Source of the DNA: Tubulanus polymorphus
Taxonomy: Eukaryota; Animalia; Nemertea
Length of the DNA stretch: 64,000 nt
Direction: 5' to 3'
NCBI RefSeq assembly: GCF_964204645.1
Contig: NC_134031.1
Coordinates: 10,354,001-10,418,000, forward strand
The position numbers and the translations under genes were made by a program. Shown here in pieces: positions 37,523-50,804 of the stretch (within the stretch, counting starts at the first letter, position 1; each line of letters opens with the position of its first letter). The notes under the pieces are model-generated. The model saw only the letters and a program-made list of their open reading frames with translations. It did no database searches and was not told the origin of the DNA.

Positions 37523-40500
37523 AAATATTGCTGCAAAGCAGCGATAACGGATTTTCTGCACAGCCTTGTTCGCGTCGAACACGAATGCGTGTATGCTGAC
37601 GCGGCCCCACCAGGCTATGAAAGTGAAGGGAATTTAGAATCCTGTTCAACGGTCAACACAGTTCTATAAAATGAAGGTCTATAAAAGTCAATTGGGCTTA
37701 CTTGGCTAGGTAACCATTGATGATAGGACCAGGAGGTTATTTGACTCTGGAAAATCGATTGTTAAGCCTTATTTAGTCTTTAATCTTTCCATGCGACTTC
37801 CCTAAAAACCAGATCCTGAGATTTTGCGAACTTTATTTCGAAAAAAAAATTTTTTCAAAAAATATTGGGTTCTCAAACTTCTAGACGGTCTAATACGCTT
37901 CCCTACACTAAAATATGATGATTCAGCTTGTTTCTGATGATCTAGCTATTCTGGGGTCATTAGGGGCCCCCAAAAAGTCAACAAAAAAAATTTGACCTAC
38001 TTTCGGGTCATTCGGGTACCCCTACCCCATTATAACCACTGCGTCATGTATAGACACCGTATACCAGCCGCTGTGTCTATTTATAAAGCTTTCAATTTTG
38101 CCCTACTTTGTTTACACAACTTGACCTCAATTCACCGATAATGACTTTCATGACCTACATAGATTTTATTCATACACCCGCCAGCGAACTCGAACAAAAA
38201 CAAGTCCCTGGGGTTGCCAGGACTACCAGGCATACATACAAGCCGTATAAGCTTTATACATTGCCATTTAGACAGTAAGGGGATAAGTAGGTCAAACACC
38301 TGTGACGTGGCGCCACACCGCGCAAAAACAAAGCGTTCTGGAGACTGTGTCGTCCGGTCACAGTTAGCATGGAAAGAGTTTTAAGGATTTCGAAAAGCAT
38401 TTGATAAGGCACTACAACAGCGATTACTACACAAGCTTTTAGGAAATGGTATCAATGATGGGTCGTTAAATGGCTCAGTTGTACTCCGATCGAAAACAGG
38501 GGGCCAAAATCAACAGAACTGTCTATTCTTGGAAATAAGTAGATCTAACTAGTGGAGTCACTCAAGGTAGTATCCTAAGTGGTATTCTCTTCACAGTCCT
38601 GATAAATGATTTACAGAGTAACCTGAAATGTACAGGACCGAGTAAATTTCCAAAACGACCTTAACAGGTTTATTCCATACATGGTCAGAAACATGGAAGA
38701 TAAACTTCAACCTAAGAAGGTATAATATGGATATTGGATACAATGAAAACCCAGGGGCATATTATACCTATGTGTTCGAGTGAAAAGATTATTTTGATCT
38801 AATGAAGATTACTCATTTCAACGAAAAGACTATTTAGTTCCACGAACATCTTTTTCTTTGGAATGAAAATCTAATCGATGGTACAATATACTTGTTCGAA
38901 CGAAAAAACTTAATGTTCCGAGAAAATTTAGTTCAAATGAAAACAATTCTGTTCAATCGAACAATATACTTTTAGTCAAACGAAAAACTGTTTGTCCCGG
39001 CAAACAAATTTGTTGAGCGAAAACAATTTTGTTCAAACGAATTTTTCAAAAAATGTTTTGTTCGAACGAAATCCATTTTGTTCGATTGAACAAAACATTT
39101 TTGATTTTTGGTTCGAACGAAAAAATTATTGTCCTGAGAAAGAACATTTTTTTTTATACTAACACTCGTTCAATCAAATAATAGAGGCCTATTTCTTGTT
39201 CGCATGGAAAACCTTTTGTTCTGACATAAACAATTTGTTCGAATGAAAAGCTTTGTTATTGTTCGAACGAAAAACTTTTTGTCCTGACATAAAGAATTGT
39301 TGAGCAAATACAAATTCGAATGAAAACAATTCTGTTCGATCGAACAACATATTTTTGTTTGAACGAAAAGCCTTTCGAATTTTTCAAAAAAAGTTTTGTT
39401 CAAACAAAATCAATTTTGTCGACCAAATAAAAAATTGTACGAAAAAGTTCTGACACAAAAATTTGACACGAAAAGATGCTCGAACGAAAAAGAGATCTTG
39501 TCATCCAGGGCTTTGTAGAAACTTAACTCACCAGGAATTAATAAAATACAAGTTTCATTAATGATGGAAAGCTTCAAATGAAAAACTGGTTGATAAAGCT
39601 TGCCCAGACAAATGCAAATAGCTTTTCAAAAGAAATCTTCATTTTAGCCTATGTAGGCCTACATATGCGCGTAGGCCTAGCATCCCGACAGAGGAGGCTT
39701 AGGCCTAGTGCGCTTTAAACCTCCTAAATATCGTATTCCTACACCTTTATTTAATAGGGTTAGGTCTCATGGTGTATTCGATTTGAAAAATCAATTTCAT
39801 TTCGGATGAAGAAACATATCTTTTGTACTCTTGCCGAATTTTCTATTGCAAATTTTGTTTGAAGTTCGATTGAACTCGATTTTGTTTTGTTCGAACACAC
39901 TAATTATATTGTGTTTGTTTGAAACAGTAAAGCACGTACACCCAAAGGTCGCAAAGGACCTCAAAAAACACTTCGAGCGGCATTTTTATAAATCTGATTC
40001 CTCCATTACAGAGAACTTCGCTTTAACCTAGTAGAGGCTATAAGCGTAGGCCTGACATCTGCACAGATAGGTCTCTGGGTATTGAATTCATAAAATCGAT
40101 TTCATTTTCTGATTATGAAGAAAGAAATCTTTAGTACATCGCAGCAATGTTGCGGGTTTTTTTATTGAAAATTTTGTTTTGGAGTTCAATCGATGAGTCC
40201 ATTAATTATCACGACAATTATACTGTGTTTGTTTGAGACAGTAAAGCTCGGTAGGTCTAAAGGTCACTTTCAGCTCAATAAACATAGAAGTGACATAGAA
40301 ACGATCCCCTTTCCCCCGCTGCGAACACTTACTCCGAATATCAAGCCTGAGTTCAGCTTACGGATAGGAGTGTGTCATATACCGGTACTTGTATTTAGTA
40401 AATATCTAGTGGATTTGATAAAGATCGGTATGTACTGTAGGAAAAATTAAATATTGATAAATGAAGTCCGCTGCTGAATCAAGTAAGATAATAAATTCTT

Positions 40501-41190
40501 CTTTTTGTTACCTCGTCAACACAAAAGCTTTTCCCCGCTGCATCTGTTCGGCGTTTCAAGTATAGGTCTATGACTCACTGGTACACTAATGATTTATCAT
40601 ATTTTAGTAAATATACCGTAAATTTGGTAAAGAAAAATATATATTGTTAAACTAATTGTTTGATTCGTCGATGTGTACAGCTTGACAGTGCTATTAACAT
40701 TTGGAGGATTAAAAAACCTTCGGACCGGTTATGTGTACTAATGAAGAAAATGGATTATTGTTAAAAGTACTGTTTGAAGACTGCGGCTGGTTGTGCAATT
40801 TTGGGGTAATAAATTTGTTAATTTATGCTTGAATTGAAAATCGACGTGACAAGAAACCTGTGTTAGATTTCGGAACGATGACTTAGAAAAACATGTCGGT
40901 TCATTGAATTGGGGCCCAATTATCGATTTTTATGACTTGACAGTGCTTTTGTAACGTTGATTCATCAAAATACGCACGGAGGATTTGTATATGGAAGTGA
41001 GCTGAAGGATATCATATGGAATGTACGGCAACATCGGTAAGTTAAGAAAGCCTATGTTCTTTTGACAAAAAAGTGTGGAAAAAAATAATAATAATAATAA
41101 TCACGTATATATCAATAGGGTTTTCTGTGAAGTAACAGAAAACTCTAATCACGCGAATCTCAATCGGGTTTTCTGTGAAGAAAACCCTAA
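37523..41190 (+). mobile_element. HINE family B composite element, paralog of 16079-19920
   Basis: Same termini, CR1 RT fragment, TTCGAACGAAA-rich array (38770-39500) and 3' region homologous to 18730-19920; 3' palindrome partly duplicated. Confidence 0.75.
37783..38379. mobile_element. TIR MITE (piggyBac-like) inserted in the CR1 fragment
   Basis: TIR tctttccatgc / gcatggaaaga; TTTA direct flanks; RT sequence resumes at 38380. Confidence 0.65.
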
Positions 41191-42329
41191 ATATGCTAGA
41201 AGGGCATATCTATGAACGGATCAACAGTTCCATGAACATTGAAGAGGGCAAGGTAAATATCCATGCACACAAAACAAGGGTTTAAAAATATGAAATGCAG
41301 TGCAATTTTATACAATTTCTAGGTACTGGTCGTAGCTGTCTCATTAAATGCTGGTAGAAATAGTGCCCTGAAAAATATTGCAGTTGTATTTTCAAAACAG
41401 TATAGGAAAATATACTGCGACAGGAGCACTTGCTCGTTGTGTTCCCATCAGAATCTGCCACTGAGGTCTTTATTTAGGCTGGCTTATATCGACAAGCAAT
41501 GTGACGCCTACCGACGAAACTGAGAGCAACCGCGATCGCAGCCCAGCTTATGTCGACTGCACTCTGATTAGTAAGCCCAGTATACTAGTCACCCAGTGTG
41601 CCAATAGAGGGGAGAGTAATTAGTGCTACGTGTTTTGTACTACGAGGATGTGAATACGCGGCTAGCTAAGCGCTAAATCTGCGTTCACACTACAGAGAAT
41701 ACACGGCCAGCTCAGTTTCGTACCGAGATCGGGTTTTCGGCGCTTGACAATTTCGATCCCACGAGGCAATGACATAAAAAAACTAAAACTTGAACATTAA
41801 CTACTCAGGACAAACAAAATCAGAAGATGTTATATAAGTTTTTCAAATTTCAGGGCAGTACATATTAAACCAGGACGGCCGGTTACTGTTGAAATCAAGT
41901 TCAGCAACTGAGTGAATGTGGCTTTCAATAGTTTCATTCATGATAGCTTTTAATAGTGAAGCAATTTAGGCCCAAGTTTAAAACGTTTTTAAATGTGACA
42001 CCATGTCTTCGCATGACCATTCGACAATTAAAATGTGGGTGTGTTGATGCGCGTCTGTGTGCACTCGGTAAAAAACTAATCTTCTCTGTGGGAAGCGTTA
42101 TCTATTACTACACGTAAGTGAAACATAAATGGTTAACGCGTTATAGCTGACAATGCAATCAACCCGCATTGTGCATTAAGTATCAAAAATATCAAAATCA
42201 TCAGTGTTGCAAACTCAATTTTAGATAGCCGGGCTCCAACGATTGCTAACGTAAGGGCATAAAAATGACGGGTTCAATTGATGACACTTAATACCATCTT
42301 TAATTACTTAAGATTAGTTCTCAGCGTTG

Positions 42330-43690
42330 ATCAAAACACGGATCTTGGGTGTGTGGTGTTATCACTGCGGAAAATAGTGGATGCACGCTATCTGCTGTGG
42401 TGTGCTGATAATATTTCGGTGCTATTCATCAAAGTGCCTCGTTTTTTTTAGAAGTGTTCATTTTATGTAACGCGGTCACTTTAAGGTTACAGATGGTGTG
42501 GTTCGGAAGATTGAAATGTTCGCCGATGGGTTTATCCATTTTCTTGTGTCTGATATCAAATTTGTGACCGTTCAAGCGTTGACGTATTGTTTGTCCAGTT
42601 TCTCCGATGTATATGGTTCCAGGGCAGATATCGCATGTGATGGCATAAACAACGTTGGTGGAGTCGCATGTGAAGGGTCCAGTGACTTTGAGTTGAGGAG
42701 TTGATGAGGATTTTTCTTAGGTTTGCTGGTTGACGGTACGCGATGACTGGTCTTAGTGGTAGTATGTCGCGTAGATGATCATCCTCTTCGATTATGGGTT
42801 GGAGATCTGATATGATTCGTTGGATTCTGCGTAGGCGCGGACTGTAGGTGACTGCGATGGGGATTTTTTCAGTTTCTTCAGACGTGGGCGGGTTGTATTA
42901 GAGTGTTCTTTCTCTGGGTATGTGAGAAGCGCGAGTGATTTGTTGGTCGATGGTTTCAGGGTCGTACTGGAGTTAGTGGAACGCATTTTTCAGTTGTTGT
43001 AGGCGTTGGTTGCGGTCTTGAGTGTTCGAGCAGATTCTGTGGTAGTGAATGGCCTGACTAAAGACAATGGATCTCGTGGTGTGTGGTGGGTGAAAGCTGG
43101 TGCCATGAAGGTAGCTGTAGGTGTCAGTAGGTTTTCTGTAGAGCAATGTTTCAAGTGGGCCGTTGATGATTTTGACTAGAGGGTCTAAAAGAGGAATTTG
43201 AAGAGGCGAGTGTTCGAGGCTGAATTCGATGGCTGGATGAAAGTTGGTGAAGTTTCTTTGGAATTCAAGTAGTTTTTCAAGCCCATGCGTCTAAATGATG
43301 AAGACATCATCGATGAAGCGATTGTATAAAAGTGATGAGTGCTGCTGTGTTTGGAGGAAGTCTTCTTCAAGGACAGACATGAATATGTTGGCGTATTGGG
43401 GGGCCATTCGGGTGCCCATAGTTGTACCCTTTGTCTGGATGTAGAGCAATCCGTTGAATTTGAAGTAGTTGTGTTTAAGTATGAACTTGGTGAGATCGAT
43501 GATGGTCTGTGAGTTTTCGTTGTTAGGTAAGGTTCTGGAAATCGCGGTGAGTCCATCTTCATGGGGTATGCTGGTGTAGAGAGCTGTGACGTCCATAGTG
43601 ACGAGTAGAGTGTCTGCTGGGAGGTCTTTGATGTTTGCGAGTTTGTTGATGAAATCTGTGGTGACTTGTACGTAGCTTGGTGTGTTGATT
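42330..43690 (-). mobile_element. Penelope-like retroelement (Neptune-type) RT + GIY-YIG, 5'-truncated, degenerate
   Basis: MDVTALYTSIPH, GTTMGTRMAPQYANIFM, YNRFIDDVF; TCDSTNVVYAITCDICPGTIYIGETGQTIRQRLNGH in 42480-42690. Confidence 0.92.
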
Positions 43691-44224
43691 CAATGAATAT
43701 AAGAAACAAGTGCATAATAAACAAATTAACTATTCATCGAATTGTTGCTTTGATATTATGAATTACAGCAAACTAACTCATCGAGAAATTGATTTTAATT
43801 ATCATACCTATTATTCTACCTAGAAATATGCTTTATCGGACCTCTGCATTCAATATTTAAACTCTATGCATTCACTTGTTAATATTCATTAATGTAGAAA
43901 TGTGTTGTATAATCATCACTATGTTCCCTTTTTATTTCAATTGTATGAGAATATGTGCATTAATTTTCTAATTTCCAACGATTTTAAAACATCATCTTTT
44001 GCAAATAAGAATATCAATAATTTTGATGAATTTCTTGCTTATGTCAGACTTTACTTTGTAAATTTGTGATTCTCTTTATTTTATTAATTTGTCATTTCTT
44101 TTTTATTTTTATTATCATTGGAATATGTTATGTATATGTAAACTGTGCATTCACGAAAATTCTAGTGTAAATAAGAATATCAGGTCCAATGTTAATAAAC
44201 TCTTCCGCTTAATTTCCTCATATT

Positions 44225-44325
44225 TCTAGCATTCTAACCTCTGGCATATTTACCTATGGTGTGATTTTTCCTCTGGCATTTTTACCTCTGGCATTTTTAC
44301 TTCTGGCATTATTACCTGGATTCCT
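44225..44325 (+). repeat. 15-bp tandem repeat ending GGATTCC (MuDR-type MITE end)
   Basis: ctctggcatttttac x5 followed by ctggattcc. Confidence 0.6.
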
Positions 44326-45943
44326 CCGTAGTGTTACAATACAGCATGCATGTTCTTTATTGATAACTAGTACAGCTGGCAGTACAGTATAGCGACTTAT
44401 AAGCGTGTCTGTGTGTGTAGACTATTTTTAGCAATTACATCATTGAGCTCTCAGCGCTGTGGAGCTAATAAACAGGGGCCAGTTTCATAGACATGGAATA
44501 ATTTGGTGCAAGCAATAAGGGTTATTCTGGGTATTAAATACATTCCCTGGGAACAGTTAGTGCTAGCACCAAATTTCTGTTTCATAGACAAACTTTGTTG
44601 CTAGCAATAACTATTCCCAGGGAATACATTTGATCCTAGCAATAAGATATGCTAATTAGGTTCGATGTCATGGAAACTCAGATCCTCACATAATTTATCC
44701 GATAATTCATTTTGTTGCTATGAGACAAAAGAAACAACAACAACCATTCCAGAAGAAAATTCAGAATGAATGAAAAGATGGATAATGAAAATGAAGCTCT
44801 TCTCCCTGCAAAATCGAGGAAGAGAGGCACAAATTTCTCTCAGAAACAAATCAGCATAATTTTGGAGCTGTGTTCCGAGAATGCCTCATTATTACGATCA
44901 ACGTTGAATAATGATGTAACGATTAAATCAAAGCAAGAGGTCTGGAGAAGAATTACTGATGCAGTAAAAAGTATTGGGGATTGTCGGAGGGAGGTGAACG
45001 ATATCAAATTAAAATGGAAAACTATGCAAGCAGAGGCTCAAATTAAAATGGAAAACTATGCAAGCAGAGGCTAAGAAAAAGTCAATTACGCACGCGAAAG
45101 ATAGCAAACAGACAGGAGATGGACCGCAACCCAATAATATCTCAGAGACGGATGAGAGAATCATAGAATCTTTTCAGTGGAAATCCCTCTTGGAATGGTA
45201 TCCCCGGTGGTGGTGTGGAAAGCCAGGCACCAGTGATACTAGATGATTCTCTAGTTGGTAAGTTTTCATTTTCTTAGTTTATCAATTGCCGAATTTTCAC
45301 TCAAAATAGGCCCAAACCATATTAGGCTAATGCATTTCTAAATTTAATTGTAGGCCCTTGGCTATTGCTTTTTAAAGTCGAGATTATTGGGAGAACGAAT
45401 GAAAACCCACGGTAGATTTGTAGAAACAATTTATTTCCTGACGGTTTCGAGGTTAAAACCCTTTCAGTGTCAACAAGAAGGACCCCCAAATTGATGAAAT
45501 TTGTGAAAATTATGCAAAAAATTGAGAAGTAAATGGTTTTGAAAAATAGAAAATTTCCCTAGAATGAATAGAGGAACAATTTCTTGTTCCTCTGAAGATG
45601 ATGCTTTCCTTGATTGAACCAAACGCCAGCCAAGAGTCAGTCATGTTTTCCCAAAATCTGACCAAGATAATCCAAAGAATCCAAAAGTATCGCTTTAGGT
45701 CTACATCACACAGGTTTAGACTTAAAATGATGATCTGTTTGAAGAGTTCATGGCTGTTTTCACACCCATCTCATTCATCTTTATAAACCAAAAGGTCCAA
45801 CAAAGTAGATTGGAATGCTCAAATGATCAGATATAGGCCTAATCAGTCCTTCGCAGGCTTTTACTTTACTGCATGCAGGCCTCACATGGATCATTTAATT
45901 GATCCATTCCTCTGCACTAGATTACATATGGTTTTGAATAAAT

Positions 45944-48476
45944 GAAAGGCTGAATCCAAGAACATGTCTATCGCACTTTTGAGCCCAAATGTCTACTTTT
46001 ACTTAGTAGCCACTTGAGAACAATAAGCAATTAACGATATCAGCTACTTTTCCAGTAGTATACATTTCAAAACAGTCACTCTGAAATAGTATTCCTTTCA
46101 ATTCGGTTGGTTTTCTAAAGTAACTGTTTCGAAGAGTCTACTATTGAAAAGTGACCATTTTAAAACATCTGGTTTCGATAGTGCACACTAGCAGTAGAGG
46201 TGACTGTTAAACCACCTGCCTGTAAAGAGTGACTTTGTGATAGTAACTCTTACCGTAACAGCTACTCTCAAAACACATCGTTTCTAAAAGTTAACTATTG
46301 AATAGTGACCATTTTGAGATCATTTGCCAGATTCCCTGTTATAAATACACTGTAGCAACATATGCTTCAGATTTGCAGTGATACGTGACAATATAAACAT
46401 ACTGAAAACTCTACTCATGCTATAGTTTGGGGTATAGTTCTATTTAGAGTAGATACTCTTTGAGGGTGTGAAATGTGATGATCGATTCCCAACCCTTACC
46501 AATAAAAGTCGAGATTGGAGTTAAATTTGTTTACAAATTGTCAATAGTTATGTAGTGTTAAAACAAATCGAAATTTCCTTCTTTTCATGGCAATATGATT
46601 TAATGCCGACAAATGCAGCTATTTTCAAGCATAGGTCTGCATTTATTTTTGGTATATTCTTAGATTAAAAGCGCAATCATAAATTCAGGCTATAACCTCT
46701 CATTATTGAAATGGTGGTTTATTTTCAATGGGGGCCTGGATGTCTCTGCATCTTAAGATGTGCATTTCGGAGTGTTCGAATTTCCCTGAAATCATTGATT
46801 CTTTTTTTTAAACAAAATATGCTATATCCGTGTGGATTTTAAAAATTCTAAAGAAATCATCTAAATTGAGCCCATATTTGATCAAATCTTTTAAAAGAAA
46901 CTTTGCGTGGTATTCAAGATTTCATTTGGATTACGGTAACGGCCTTAGGGTGATCGTCACCGGGGTCATGAATGAAGAAATCCCGTAATCGAATTTTAAA
47001 TATGATATAATTTGTTAAAGGTGAAACCGCAACGTTTCGACTGTTGACTAACAGCCATCATCAGGTAGAATGTAGACATTCCTAGTGATAAGGGCTTTTA
47101 GTCAGATGGCTGTCAGTCAACAGCGTCAGTCAAAAACGTTGTGGTTCAACTTTACTAAATTTCATGATACAAAATTCTATTGTGGAATTTCTTCATTTAT
47201 CTACAGTTTTAACGCGGTTTAGAGTATTTTATTCGACTTCTTCGGGTCCTGTAGCCGTTAAGATCGAAAATTATTTACTTTTCGGCACAGAAGGGATATA
47301 CAACCGTGTTGGTCCCTATGAGAGGGATTCCCTCTATATCTGCACCATAAACTGGTACCTTTGTTGGTTCTAGCCCGCATTCGCTTCCAAATTCAAGTAT
47401 TGGTAACATTGGTTTACGATAATTTGAGAAAAAGAGTTTAGTTGGAGGAAACTGATGATTACCTTATAATTCAGCGATTCTTTGGTTCACCGATTCAGAA
47501 AAATAAAACAAAGTCTCATAGAGATATTGCGGTGCTAAGTTTATTACTATTAAGAGGTAATTACTTTTGGTTCGTAGTCTTTTGGTGGTTAGTGCAGTTA
47601 GTTCATTCGTTCATCAATCACTGTCTAGTTAGCCAGTGTCAACAAAGTAGGAAAGTATGTGAAACTGAAATTACAGCCTATCACATTTCTTTCACTTTTT
47701 AAGCCAAACGAAGTATTCTCTATCAAATGAAATTGCTGATTTCAAAATTACGTGAACATCTCAACACTCAACTCTTATACACTAATCCTTTGGTCTTTTA
47801 TAATAAGTTGGTAATTTCATTTCAACCAAACCGTATAACATAAGATTTTGATTAGGGTATCACTTCTAGCAAGCGATAAAACGATTCAATATTCATTAAT
47901 GAACAAGCAGAGAACAGCGTGACAAAGTGAACATCACATGGATTACTTAAAAATCGTTTGTATCGAAATAAACAATAAATTCAAGGTTAATTCTAAGTAT
48001 TTTAGATACATTTTTTTCATAATCAATAATATGAACATATGATTTTATTTGTATATTCCTCTCTCATATACCCTCAAAAACAAATTAAGCCTTAAAGACA
48101 AATTTATTTTTTGTCTTTCTTTTCTACAAAATCAAAGATTTATGAACGCACCAGAATGTTTTATAATCGCAAATGTAAAACAAAAAGTCACTGTTTACAG
48201 GCGGGTGGTTTTACAGTCTCCTCTACTGCTTGTGTGCACTATCGAAACCAGATGTTTTAAAATGGTCATTTTTCAATAGTAGACTCTTCGAAACAGTTAC
48301 TATAGAAAACCAACCGAATTGAAAGGAATACTATTTCAGAGTGACTGTTTTGAAATGTATACTACTAGAAAAGTAGCTGATATCGTTAATTGCTTATTGT
48401 TCTCAAGTGGCTACAAAGTAAAAGTAGACGTTTGGGCTCAAAATTGTGATAGACATGTTCTTGGATTCAGCCTTTC
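45944..48476. mobile_element. Long-TIR non-autonomous DNA transposon (Sola1-like) nested in the Harbinger intron
   Basis: ~290-bp TIRs (45944-46235 / 48185-48476) starting gaaaggctgaatccaag; 4-bp AAAT TSD. Confidence 0.8.
47020..47150. ncRNA. Divergent pair of hammerhead-like cassettes (minus copy has intact core; plus copy decayed)
   Basis: Minus: CTGATGA-T-GGCTGTT(agtc)AACAGTC-GAAA-CGTT at 47064-47031; plus: cagatggctgtcagtcaacag...aaaaacgtt at 47103-47140; stem I weak. Confidence 0.6.
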
Positions 48477-49598
48477 AAATGTATCATAGGCTCGATCAAT
48501 TATTGTAACTGTTGTGGAATTGGTGGAATTTATCATCATCAAGTTTTAAAGTTATTTCCAACGAATTATTATTCATTCCGTGATCAGACTTTTTTTTTAA
48601 ATTTCAAATTGAACAAATTTAATAGTTTTCATGGCAAACTTTTTCATTTGTCACTAGCATGCGACAAAAATATAAAAAAATAATGGATATTAGTAAGATT
48701 CCTGCCATTGAGAAATAAATCTGTTTCTTTTATCATTTTAGAAATCGATCTGAATAAACTCATGCTTGGACTGAGTGCAGACAAGCAGATTATATCAGTG
48801 GATGATCAGTTTATCGTTCCGAGTACATCCACTGCTGATCAACTGACGGAACAAACCTCAATCGACACAGCAAACAAGCCACCATCAGAACCCGTTGCTT
48901 CTTCATCTTCATCTATTAAAGGTAACTTTCATTTTGAATCCAGTAGTAACTACACATGACTATTGACAGTTCTTGATTATTATTAAGTTCGAATTAATAT
49001 AGTTATGGGCTCGTTAAGGCAGTTGCTCAAAGATATATTGAAGTTCATTTCAAAATCTCAGGTTAGATCTTAGTGTACAACTGTTGGTTTCATAAGAGGC
49101 AACAATGTATTGAAAGTAAAACAAATATTGAATGCAAAAAAGTACACTCCCTGTACTAGGGGATTCACCTGCACTTTCCATGTCCAATAAAATTAAATCG
49201 TTTGGTTTAATGGAAACAGACAATAAACTGTTAGCGTAATCTTGATGCATATCGGTATCATCTTATTTCAGGGAGGATACGAAGTGCTCGAAAAGGGAGA
49301 AAACGGAAAGCGTTTACACAACAAGACGTTTATCAACGCCAGTGCATGTGTCTAGATAAAAAAATTGAAAAGTTGGACGTGGAAATGAACAAGAGGACCA
49401 TTAGGTCCATATGGTCGAGGAATAAGCTACTTATTGCTAGGGAATAAAAACATCCGAGTCTATGAAACAGAAATTTCATTAGTACTAAATTTGATCCCTG
49501 GGATTAGTGATTTGATACCAGGGAATAACCTTATTCCATGTCTATGAAACCAGCCCCCCCCCCCCCCCCCGTGTTTTAAAGACGAAACAATACTTACA

Positions 49599-50804
49599 CA
49601 GGGCTGCCAACCTTTCAAAATTCCATTTAGGGATGAATGGCAGATTAATTAGGAATATTGAAGGTTTCAATAGGAATATATCGAAACCGAAGAAATTGTG
49701 ACTTTTCCAAGTAGGAATATTTTGCTTTCAATTAGGAATACCTTTCACGTGTAATATATAAAAGCTGGATATGAAAATATGGAATTATTAGCAAAATAAA
49801 AAATCAGCAAATTCTACAGAATGTATTTTTTCTTTATTATTTTATGAAAGATAAAAATCAACAGTGTTTATCAAAAATATACAATAGACTAAAAAATAAG
49901 AACATAAAACTGGCATAAATTGTCAAACGAATTACATAACACTATACAGCTGTCATGCGAATATATCCATTTCCAGCATCAATTCCACGATACTGTCCAA
50001 GAGAGACTCCACGTACAGAACTGAAAGATACAAACAGTAAAAAGTCTCTAAATCTACATGCTACTCGATGGTGCTGCCATCTGCCAAATATGCGAACTAA
50101 AAGTTTACTTTGAGATGCACTGCTCAAAAGCATCTTAAATTATCTTTTTAAATCAAACTAACACAAGAGTGACAACATTAAGGTTCAAACTAGCAAAGCA
50201 ATTGCTTACCGAAACATTTCAAAGAGTCCACACGTTGAAATCTAACCCGGATCTTCGAATGCTAATCGCGCTGCGAAAACGAGCTAATTACCGCAGTAAA
50301 CCGATTCTTCTCCGAAACGATGCGGAGCAATTTGAAAATAACAATCACATTTTGCCACATGTCATAATATTTTCACAAAAATGATTGAAAACAACGTATT
50401 TTAAAACGAATGAACTTTATTTTTATTCTTGAAACAAATTAAAAAGCTGCTCTCCTACTACGAAATAATCGTACGCCATGCGTAGATAAAATCAATAACA
50501 CAGCTACTCTCATACACACACACGCACGCACGCGCGCGCTAGTAAGCGCTGTTTATCGCCTGACCCACGTACAAAGTATATAGCCACGCACTCATCCACC
50601 GCGGGCGTGCATATAAATTCCCCACCTATTCAATTCTGTTCTACCAAATCATCATATTGTGTTACAACGCGCTGGCGGGTGGAAAATCGGACATCGCCGA
50701 AAAAGAAAAAAAAAGTCGGAATTTTGTATACCCGATCGTATCGTCGGAATTTCTTCACGCAAATCGGGAGGATTCCGAATAATTCGGGAGGGTTGGCAGC
50801 CCTG
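49599..50804. mobile_element. hAT-like non-autonomous element with 6-bp TSD
   Basis: TIR cagggctgccaacc / ggttggcagccctg; CTTACA direct repeat at both flanks. Confidence 0.8.

Larger units (their letters stand above)
44766..49447 (+). pseudogene. Harbinger Myb/SANT-like DNA-binding protein gene, 3 exons (44766-45257, 48742-48921, 49272-49447), frameshifted
   Basis: RKRGTNFS...KQEVWRRITDAV...DIKLKWKTM...KQTGDGP; 34-bp duplication at 45005-45072 and slip near 45170; GT-AG phase-1 introns. Confidence 0.8.
44475..49557 (+). mobile_element. PIF/Harbinger non-autonomous element (Myb/SANT gene retained, transposase absent)
   Basis: 27-bp TIR ggggccagtttcatagacatggaataa / ttattccatgtctatgaaaccagcccc (25/27), inner repeats of tttcatagac. 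Confidence 0.85.
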
